Assembly: GCA_016748015.1 (NCBI GenBank)
Contig: JAAOMT010000258.1
Coordinates: 851,378-915,377 of the forward strand
DNA length: 64,000 bases
Source: Geosiphon pyriformis uo1
Taxonomy: Eukaryota; Fungi; Glomeromycota
Reading direction: 5' to 3'
In this document: one piece after another, positions 53,276-64,000 of the stretch
Layout: every line of letters starts with the position of its first letter
How positions within the stretch are numbered: position 1 is the first letter of the stretch
Program-made: the position numbers and the translations under genes
The notes under the pieces: generated by a model
What the model was told of the DNA's origin: nothing
The model's database searches: none
Seen by the model: only the letters and a program-made list of their open reading frames with translations

Positions 53276-56200
53276 GTAGCTTCAAAGTAATTTATATTCA
53301 AGAAATATCTAACAATAAATTTATTTTTTGCCTTCGTAACTTAATTATAAACTATAAAAACATGTATTACAAAGACATTATATTCTTTAACCATTTCTTT
53401 ATTAGGAATGATAAAAAGATTGCAGAGAATGTAAATTTGATTTCTTTTAATACATAGAGAAATTAATCAAGATAATTAAACCAGTAAGTTGAGCTTTTAA
53501 TTTGAAATATATTGGATATGAATATTAAAAAAAAGGACAATAGATTTTAATTAGAATTTTCAATTATGAATATGATTCACTTCTTTAAAGAGCTCTTATG
53601 AATTTTCAAAATTAGTAATAAATGATTTCATTTAAATTTTTTTTGATTTTTTATGATTGAAAATAAAAAATCATCGCTTACCATTCAATGGTTGCATAAA
53701 AATAAAGTTTGTAATACGATTAAAAGTTATTGCAATGCTAAAAAAACATTGCATGAAGCATGGGTCACAAGTTCTGCAGATATCCTATAAAAATTGGTTA
53801 AAAAAATCCTGTCAAAAAGAATTAAAATGTTTTAAACCTATTATACCGAGCGTTTCTTTAATTTATCAGACCCAAACTAATAAGAGTAAAATTTGTTGCA
53901 TTTATCTCCCTCAGCAAAGTCCATCACAATCCCATATTCGAATGTTTCAGAGTTTTGTGTAATTTCCTGTTATGTAAATGAGACCGCCTAGGTACTCAAA
54001 ATTAATGAAGATAGCTCTTTGAGTATTTAGCTTTGAAAAATGAATAGCTAATTAAAATAATTTTAAATAAGAATTTAACATTCAGACGAATAATAATAAT
54101 AATTATTTTTATTTTTATTTTTATTACCTCTATAGAGACTTCATCCCTTTTGTATGTTCACTTCTTTGATATTCCATTTTACCATTATGTTCACCAATTT
54201 TGTTGATATCCAATCGTATTTACAAAGTTTAACATTATTGTGTAGAATTTTTAAAAGTTTCAAGGCATCTGGCTGAAACGTGAGTACAAAGACAACCTCC
54301 TTCTTATTATACCCCACGCTTAACTGAATAAAAAAACCGTCTTACCTAGGCCAAATTTGATCTAAGCGACAATTGAAAACAAACAATTCTGACCAAAGAA
54401 ATGACCTCTTAACTGTTTCCCAACATAAAAGGGTTGAAAAATGGAATAATGTTCTCAAATTATATTCTGATTAGTCTATTTAAAGCGACGATGCAGAAAC
54501 CTGATAAATTATATGATCTCAGATATTTTTTTATTTGCATTTTTGCACATGACCGTATTAAATTAATCTTAGAGGTTCCCAGTTTTATCAATTCTTTTTG
54601 TGTAAATAAAATATATATTCCCAAAAGATAAAATTGGATTTGCATTTAATAGTATTAACACCCCCAATTCAGTATTTTGATTATTTTAAAATCACTAGCT
54701 GTTTTAAATGCTTTAAAATTTAAAAGTTTTATAAAGCTAATGACCAATAATTTTACCATATATTATGTCCAATAAATGATCAAAAATTATTGAGAAAATA
54801 AGATTTACTTCTTTACTGATTAATAATTTATTTCAAAGCATATATCTAAAATCAGAAAAATATAAAAACAAATTTATGACTATTTTAATGTTTCTAGAAA
54901 TCAAGATTGATACATATAATTATAATAAATCTTGTTAAGATCAATTTGTCTTGGTAGTTATTTTTAATAAATTTTAAGTGAATATAAACAAGAATATTTC
55001 AAACTAGTAATATAAAAGTCTTTTAAAAATTTATTAATCACTGTTTTATTATTTCTTATAATTATACATAAATAATATTTTTATTTTCCAATTTAAAAAA
55101 AATTAAATAATCACGACTTCAATCTAGTAAAAATATTTGTAAAAAATTGTTTATTCAAACAATTTTACTAAATTGATTCAATTTCAATAAAAAACACTTT
55201 TTTAATATTAGATTGCAATTGTAAAACAAAAGAATAAAATAACTCAAAAATGTTTATATTATTGTTATATACAAAACGTTAAATATTTAATAAATATTCT
55301 GTAATTGTAAATATTAAAGATTAAATAAAAGAAATTATTACTATATATTATTTGAATTTAATGAAAAATCTTTATTATAAAATTATATGTGTAGTATTAA
55401 ATACATTTTATATGACTATTTTTGATATTTTTCAAAATTATTTTAATGTTATTGATTGAAATTTTAGAACTTGCGATTCTTTAACGGATTTAAAGTAAAA
55501 AATTTTAATACTAGACACTTTCAAATTTAAAAATTTAATATTCTATTTCAAAAAGAAAGTAAAAATTTAATTCTTTGTAAATATTAATTTTATGCAAAAT
55601 AAAATAATGCTTATTTTTGGTTTACATACAGAAAACTTCGATTCTAATTTTTAAAATACCAACAAATTTTGTTCAAATTAAAAAAAATCTCAAACTTTGA
55701 TAATTGGTCTACTTTTTTAAAAATATGTTTGCTATTTTACATATAATATTACAGATTGGAGTAACGAATTATAGACAATAATTAATAAAATAACTTGGAC
55801 CAATAAAATTAACTTAAAAATTAAAGCAACGAAAAAATTTTGTAAATAATTCAATTAAAATTTCCAGCTTTAAAATATTAATTTCTAATCTAACCAAAAA
55901 AAATCCGAAGAAAATTAATAATTTTCAATTAAGAATAAGAATACCACTGTTGTAATTATATATTCTAATTAAAATTCTTACATTTCAATAACAAATATTA
56001 TTTATTTAATAATTATTTATTAAAAAAATACAAAAAGAAATCTTTTATTTTCCAAGTTAATTCTTAGAAATAAATTCAAATAGGAAGAAAATAGGAATTA
56101 ATTTAAAACATTATCAATAAATTATACATATTTTTTATAGCTTAGTATTCTAAAATATTAAAAAAGTTTTTTTAAAAATATTTTAGTTTAATTCAAATAT

Positions 56201-56338
56201 TTTTTGATTTATTAGATTTAAAAACTTTTTGAGTTTATCCTGATTAAATTATTCAATTATTTTGACATATTTTTTTTTGATGGTTATCATAAAGTGAGTA
56301 GTTTTTGGAGTTTTAACTTGATTTAATCATTTGATATA

Positions 56339-57629
56339 CAGTCTGGTAAGAAAAAAAATTGGAAATATAAAAATGATTACTATGTCTTAACTAATGTACC
56401 ATATTACATAAAACAACTTTTATTAGAAAGTCAAATACCATATAATTTTATTAAAAAAAATTAATAGGAAATTCTTTCACTATTTGTCTCAATTATCATT
56501 TCACAATGCCGCCTTATTGATCCTACTAACCCAATTAAGGTAGATTCAGGAATATCTTGCCACTCTTCCTCCATAAATCTCTCTAATTCACTACGATTTT
56601 GAGGCATTCTTTTTTCTACATTCTTTTTAACAATAGCCCAAAGGTTTTCTATTGAGTTTCAGTCGGGACTATTAGATGGCCACCCCAAAAAATCAGTTGT
56701 ATTCTCAGCAATAAACTCTTTGGCAAGCTTGCTAGTATGCTTGGGGTCATTATCTTGTTGGAATCGCCAATTATCCCCCAGCATTGCTCTAATTTCAGGT
56801 AAGTGGTTACGAAGAATATCTTAGTAAAATTGAGCATTCATTATTTGAACAAAACAGAATAAACTAGTCTTTCCTTTTTCGTAGAAACCCCCCCATGCGA
56901 GAATTTTTGTTCGATCTTTAAGCATAGGACGAATTGGTCGAGTACCTTTATGCCAACATTTTACCGTGTTTTGAAAAAGTTAAAAAGATGTTTCGTCAGT
57001 AAAAACTGTTCTTTTTCAATCGTCGTTCAAGTGTTTTTTGGCCCATTCTACACATTTTCGCTTATGCTCTTCGGTCAGCATTGGAGTTGCTCTAGGAAGA
57101 CTTTTTTTATAATTAAGGTTGGATAAATGGTTTTGAATAGTAACATGAGAAACATTTATTCCCTTCTTAGCCAACTTTATTGCTAAATATCTAGACGAAA
57201 CTGAGGAATCTCTACAAATAATCTGCCCTAATACTTTCGAAGAATTTCCCATAATCTTTCTTGGCCGATCATTACCACTCGCATGCTTTATTGTTCCTTT
57301 TTTTTTGAGTTTTTCGAGGATATTATAGATTGTAGAAAGGGGTATATTCGTTTTACTCTGTATTTCTTTCGCCTTTTGTATTCCTTGCTTCCAAAAATGT
57401 AAAAAGACTTGCCGTTGCGTTTCTTGCTTTGAAGTCAGCATTTCAAAGACAAGTTTTAAAAAAAATTATTAGTTAATACGCGAGAAAATGTTTTTAGAGC
57501 TCAGCCACTTACATAATATTCTGTTTCCATTTTTACCATCACAAAACTTATCACAAAACTTACCAAAAATGCTTAAACCAAACGCAATCTTAGTAGATTC
57601 ATATTTCCAATTTTTTTCTTACCAGACTG
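56339..57629 (-). mobile_element. Tc1/mariner DNA transposon, 1291 bp
   Basis: ~29-30 bp TIRs CAGTCTGGTAAG(A)7-8TTGGAAATAT flanked by TA on both sides. Confidence 0.96.
56461..57441 (-). pseudogene. Tc1 DD34E transposase with in-frame stops
   Basis: HTH N-terminus; VFTDETSF, FQQDNDPKH, WPSNSPD*NSIENLW (34 residues between D and E); 981 nt in one frame; stops include TGG>TGA and CAA>TAA. Confidence 0.92.
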
Positions 57630-60076
57630 TATAATGTATTAAAATCAAAAAAATTTAAAAAAGTATTTAAAACTATATGTTTAAATAAAAAGTTTTAAAT
57701 TATACTAAAAAAATGGTTTACTTAAACAGCCAAACTCTTTAACTTGATTTTAAATTGCAATAAAAATAATGTATATAAAATAAAAAGAATGTATATAAAA
57801 TAAAAAGATCTTAAATTAACTATTATTATTAATAAATAATATGGTTTAACAGTAAACATAATAATAAGATAAAAAACAAGCAAATTTTTTTTTGAATAAT
57901 TGTAATTTTATAATTTAAATTTATAATCTTAGCTTTGGCAAAGTTAAAAAAGTTATATATAATAATAATAAAATTTAAAAAATATTAATAATATTATTAT
58001 AACGGCAAAAATAATATAATTGTTAAATTATAAAACCAATATAAATTAATGTACTTATTTTCGTTTCAGGTTTATTTATAACTAATTAATAAAATTTGGA
58101 TAAAAATTTAATTAAAAACATTTGATATATATATTTCAAAAATTAGTTAATATATTATATTTATTTGTTTATTAATAAATTATTAATTATTTTGTGAACA
58201 ATTAATTGTTATTATATATTAACAAAATATGCATGTTTTTTAAGTTAATAATATAATGTTTAATATAAAATATTATTTATTCATATAAATGTTTATTTTT
58301 TTTGGCTCGATTAAAAAATATAAATTTTTTTGATTATTCTCAATGTTTAAATAGTTTTATATTTTGAAAAATATTCTTAAATTATACTAGTGTTTTTTAT
58401 TGTAGTGCTTTTTATTGTTTTAAAAACATTGGGTTTTCTATGAAAAGCTTTTAATTATCTAAAAAATATTTATACTTTATAAAACAACATTTATAAGTAA
58501 TTGTTATTTTAGATTAAAATAAATTCATAAAAACTATTCAATAAGTTATACTATTCTTTGATTTGATACTGATATATAACACATTAGCAACCAAAAAACA
58601 AATTTTACCAATGATTCAAATTTGAGATTAAACTTCAACAATTTTTTTAGCATAAAAAGTCTTGTTTTCTAAAACTCTAGCATACAGTTTTCAACAGCTT
58701 TGATGCACTAGATTAATAACTTGCCACTAAACGCCAACCGTTAAGCTCAATGAATTCAAGTTCAGATTTTCGTTTAGTGAGACAGATCATTTCTAAAATA
58801 CTTTTTCTGTTCAGTAACCGGTTGAGAGTTGTCCGATTCTGGTTTTTAGATATCGAAAGCAGTAATATTAAATAAGCTTCTTTTCGATGGAAATATTCAT
58901 AGTAACAATTTGAGCATTGTTTTTTCTATGCTATACAATGTATCAAACAGAAAACTCTGGCAACATAGAAAAATTTAAATATTGAAATTGGCAGTTGACC
59001 AGATACATGCATTTGGAAACTTTCTCATACAACTTGGAAATTCTTATCTTTATAAAGTTTCATAATAAAAATGGTCTCAAAATTGAACTTAAAGTAGTAG
59101 GGTAAAAACTATGAAGGAAAACTATCAAATCAATTAAAAATGATTAGTTTCAAGACAAGCTTAGCTTCACTTCATTGTCACTATAGATTTGGAAATCAAA
59201 TATGCTAAAAATTTTTAGAATTCTAGAATATCTAGGTTTAAACCTTTTTTTGATCTAAATCATCGAAAGAAATTCGATGAACAGTTTCCAAACTCTATTA
59301 TTTGGGATTGTTTATTTTAATATCAAAACATTTACTTATAAATAGATCTTTATTTGGTTTCAAAACAAAATACAGAGCTATATATAATTCAAAATTTATA
59401 TTTTAGTTTTTTTATTCCCAGGTGAAATGCCCAAAATAGCTCCTCAAATAAGATTATTAAAAAAATACACACACTTTATGCTGCTTTTCAAAAAAACCTA
59501 AAGTAATAAATTCATAAAGGAATCAATTTTTTTTTAAGTGCTATGGGTAATAGACCAAGAGTAATAGGTTTATTCATCAATTAGACAATTTAGACTTTAA
59601 GTTACTTATAATTTTAGTGTTTTTTCAGTAGTTGATTCTTCCATAAGTAATTAGCTCATTGAAATTCTTTAATGAACAAATAAGAAATCCAAAATATGGT
59701 AAAACTTAATGAGCTTTCGTTTAATACAATGTAAAAAAAGTCGTTACCTCTTTTGTACCTTAAACATTGGAAATATTCAATGATTATTATTGTTAGCGAA
59801 ATTTACAATTTTTTATTTTTTATAAATTTTGAAAATTTGAAGAGATGAAGGCAGATTCAATAAAAGAGACAGTAAAAATTAAAATTATAGCGTTTTCTTA
59901 AATTTACTCGACCTATTGGGAAAAATTTTACACTGCAAGTATCTCTACACAACGAATCCCCTGTAATTATTGTATGAAAAAGCAATGCTAAAGGAGAGTT
60001 TTTGTTCGAATGTACCCTCTAGCCGTCCCAAACTAGGTTTTTTGAAGATTATTTGGCACTATTAAGACGATACAAG

Positions 60077-63000
60077 TTATTCATTCGCAGAATGTGAATT
60101 TGAAAGTAAAGTCTCGGATTGACTATCTTCGCTATTACGATCATCTTGTGTTTGCACGATCGAAGAAAATTCATCCTCAACGATTGGGGATAATAATCCA
60201 GAATAACCACTAGTCATCGGTTGCCACCACATTGATGATCGTAATGCAATTGTGGGACTAATATTGGAAGTAGATGATACTTCCATGTCCTCTTGATTGC
60301 GAACTCTTACTATACTTGAGTTCTCAAATGTCCTAGGAATTGTAATGTCATTTTGAACGATTGGGTTGGAACGCATGTTGTCAGGAAATTGTGAATTGCT
60401 ATTTAAGTCATGTGATATTGAAGCTGATCTTGACGGCATTTGAGGCATCGGAATTTCTGAAGGAAGAAGTTGTAATGGATGTCGGAAAGTTTCAGATTTT
60501 TGTCCAGATCGATGATCGTTTTGTGGTGCAACCGCGTATTGTGTTTTATAATTGCATATGAGAAATGTATAATATATACGAAAGATCAGATTGTTTAGGA
60601 CCATAATAGAAGCGGTTGTGAGTGCAAGAAATGGTACAAGCTGCATTTCAACCACGTATCGGTTGTAAAGAGCCTAAAAAAAAATAGAATAAATTTTTAA
60701 TATTTTTAATGAGATTTTGTTTTCCAGGCGATAACCTTTATTTAAAGCAAAGTTCACTACCAGAATAATGAATTGGGGCAAATCTTGAATTATCAGATTA
60801 AATACGTTGGAGAAAAAGATCAACCGTCCCATCTCTGGGGAAGATGGTGCTTTGAATGTAGTTAAATCCATGATTTGAGAATACGTAATCATCAAGATGT
60901 CAACATTTATGAAAGATAGGATTCCAAAAAAGTAAGCGACATATCGGTTTCTGCGCCACCAATCGGCATATTGTTTGTTTATCATATTCTCATGAAGTTG
61001 GATAAAAACACTTAGACACGAATTGAAACCAATTGGCGCAAATAAAAAGATTAAGCTATCATAATAGTACATAATTGAGTGTTAATAGGAATTACTAAAT
61101 CATTTTCATGAAAGATAAAATGATTTATTAACAAACCTGGGTAAAAACAAGAATGAAATATCCTTTCCATTTTGAAAAACAAACAAAAAGTCCAGCAGAC
61201 AGTCTAATCCATAAAATCCGACTTTAAATACAGTATAGGCGTTCCCCTAATGTTTCATAATTGAAAAAATCAATAAATATAGCCTCAATTGCAAAAGGAA
61301 AAAACAAAGATTTGAACTTACATTGGAAGTTTGAAAGTGTATGAATGAAGTTACTATAGCCAGGAAGATGATAAAACCCCCAAAGTATATGAATTCTGCC
61401 TTATGGTTTTTCCATAACGAAGCTAAAAAATAAAATAAAATTAACTCAATTAAAAGTCAAATAATCACTTATTATGAAAAGTAATTTAATTGGGATGAAA
61501 AGAATTTTTTTTCATTGAAATTTCGAATGCTACATCTCAAAGAAAACGTACTTATTCCTGATTCCACCGTCAAATCTACAGTGATCATTGCCCATGTTTT
61601 GGGCTCATTTCCTGACTGTGCGAATACAAAAGCGGAATTATTTGGAAGTAATCCAGCTGCCAAATTTTCTTCATGTAATATAGGCCCATTATAATTCCAG
61701 GTGTTGGTAAAAATTCCATTTTTTGAATAAATCTGTCCGATTATGTTTTTAGTTCCCTTTGCAAATCCAGCAAAAAATATTGAGCCAGAGGATAGGGTCT
61801 TTACTAATTTCACATCTATATCATTCCTGAAATTCACCGGTCCAGCATCATGTACTTCGCCGTTAGACTTGAACGAGGTTTGGATATAGGAAGATAGGGT
61901 CGAATTTGACTCAATGATAACAGATAGAATGCATTTAAATCCGCTGTTGTCGCTCAATATTTCACAACTCTTTGGATGCATGTCGTACACCGGTGTTTTC
62001 AAATCATACACGGAAATACCACTATTTGATACATTGTAAGCAGTAGAGTTGAGGAAGTATGCTTTTGACTGCCACTGTGATAATAATTGATTTTCTGTTG
62101 AATTAGCCGCATTATCGATTGTAGGATTTGTGCCAGTTACCAAGAATCCGTATCTTGAATATTTATGAAAATTAAAGAACTTGGATAAGAAAATCGCTTC
62201 ACAAAATTCTGGAAAGATATTTATATATACTAACCCTCCATCAGGAGTGGGAAAAATTTCAAAATCAGTATGATCCAATGATACAGATATGTTAGAGGTC
62301 GAGATCTGTTGAAAACTGTTGTTCCTGTAATAATAATTGAGTTTTTTTTAGAAAGGTTTGAAAAATTTAATGTAAAATTTGTCAAAACAAATGAAGACCT
62401 ACGATAAACTAAATTGTACCCAGCTAAGTAAGTTCGAATTGTCATAATAATTTGCGAAAATAAAGTCATCCCCTGATATCATATTTGCCACAGCGGCTCC
62501 CTTTTTAATTTTTCCAGTATCATTAGTTGTTAAATTACCAAATTGTATTTCACTGTGAAAGTTCAAAAAATCTTGATCATTAAGCGTAACTGAAATTTAA
62601 TTAAAAGCAATAAAATAAAATAAATTACTTTATAATTTTTTCATTCCAGTCTACGACTAGCCCACTCCGCTGATAAACATTCTTTAATTGACCATTTAAT
62701 TCAGTTTCTTGAAACTTTGTGAAAAAGGTCAAAAAAATGAACCCTTTGCTCAGTGGATATATCTCGATTAAATCTTTGCAGAAATTGATACTCGTTATTG
62801 ATGGGTATTTGAAGTCAATTTTTTGCACTGTTGAATTCAAGTGAACCAAACGCAATCGAATTTTATCGTCAACGCATCTATCTGTCGTGCTATGATTGGT
62901 GGTCGTAAAGTTTTCTGCAGGAGGAGAAGTGAATTTTACTAAACGTAATAATACGTCACCACTCATGTATGACTTTGCACTCCATAAAGTTAAGTCTTTT

Positions 63001-63119
63001 TCTTCTTCAGTATATAGAATATTAGTTTGTGGGACTGCGTTGCTTATATTTGGGAAAATTATTGACAATAATATTAAAAGAATATATGTTATCGATTTAG
63101 AAGATAGTGATTTTCTCAT
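60077..63119 (-). CDS. Signal-peptide, multi-pass membrane protein of unknown function; predicted exons 63119..62629, 62552..62403, 62324..61552, 61422..61322, 61246..61137, 61055..60761, 60673..60077
   Basis: All junctions GT-AG and phase-compatible; long N-terminal ectodomain, ~5 hydrophobic segments (..LDCLLDFLFV.., ..IQDLPQFIIL..), Ser-rich cytoplasmic tail; exon 6 donor uncertain by 3 nt. Confidence 0.82.
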
Positions 63120-64000
63120 TTTTCTCTTAAAAGTATAGAAACGTTTTCAAGAATTTATTCTACAAATGATATATATATAATTTTTTATCAAGGTAAGAAG
63201 ACTGGATCATAGATTGTCAAACAAAGCAAAGACTAATGCATCAAAGGTTTTTTTTTGTAACTGTTTGTATATTTAGCAAAAGGGTACCCAATTGTCAACA
63301 ATAAAATATTTCTGGCTTTCAATGAAAAATTTATGGAAACAAATCGCAAATATTTTTAAAATTGAATGGTTGGTCTTTTACAGATAGAGAATGAAAAGAC
63401 CCAAATGTTGTAAAGGCCGAAAGTTGTTTGGAGGACCGTCATTTTTTGATTTGGTTTTTATACTTTGCGTACACAAAACCAAATGAAAAATTTCCGAAAG
63501 TATGAAACTATAACTAGGTGAACCGATTCTCCTTAATAGATAAATCATTTCTAAAGTGAAAAAATGGATAAGCGTTTGTGTATTCATAGTTAAACTTGAT
63601 ATAATATTTTTAACACCTCTAATTTTAGTAACAAAAACTATAAATTGATTTCCCGTTTCTGACAAATATTTCGCATGGTGCTACAGACCAATCTGTGTCC
63701 TACGATTTGGGGGATCAAATTCGCCAAGAGCTGAGTTCTTTATATCCTTTTAAATAATTAAAAAATTTGGATTGTTAAAATATTATTTGTGAAAGACTTT
63801 TACAGAAAGTTGCAAATATGATCAATCTTTAAAATAATTTCAATTTATTATTTTGTATTATAAAGTACAAGAGAATTTGAATGTATTATTTAATGGTTAC
63901 AAACAACTAACTGTTTAAACCTGGATAATTTTTATTATTATAGATAAAGATTAATGGTGATGAATATAAGTTCAATTGATTTTTGTGTAGCCTAAACAAA

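Overview
Eukaryotic, very AT-rich, intron-containing fungal DNA. The gene families (BTB-BACK-TLDc, Sel1-repeat, RlpA/DPBB expansin-like, class-3 lipase, multi-TM orphan) point to Glomeromycotina or a close relative; this is an inference, not verified. Apparently intact genes: a 3-exon SAM methyltransferase (1.1-2.2 kb), tRNA-Arg(TCG), two tandem secreted DPBB/expansin-like paralogues, a 4-exon lipase and a 7-exon membrane protein. Pseudogenes: BTB-TLDc, a second BTB fragment and a Sel1 fragment. A 3-exon secreted Cys-rich, Kex2-type peptide precursor gene (45288-44794, minus) is not resolved by the ORF track. Mobile elements: a full-length Ty3/Gypsy element (45545-53275; GTAG TSD, PBS, PPT, -1 frameshift signal, out-of-frame integrase, extra 3' ORF) and a Tc1 DD34E element (56339-57629). 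The main signal is a RIP-like C>T/G>A mutation pattern on repeats. By manual alignment the two LTRs differ by about 52 substitutions, all transitions and mostly outside CpG. A ~96-bp tandem array decays the same way. The AT deserts still contain readable 'ghost' Gypsy, LTR and MULE motifs once A>G/T>C is reversed. All alignments and counts were done by eye.
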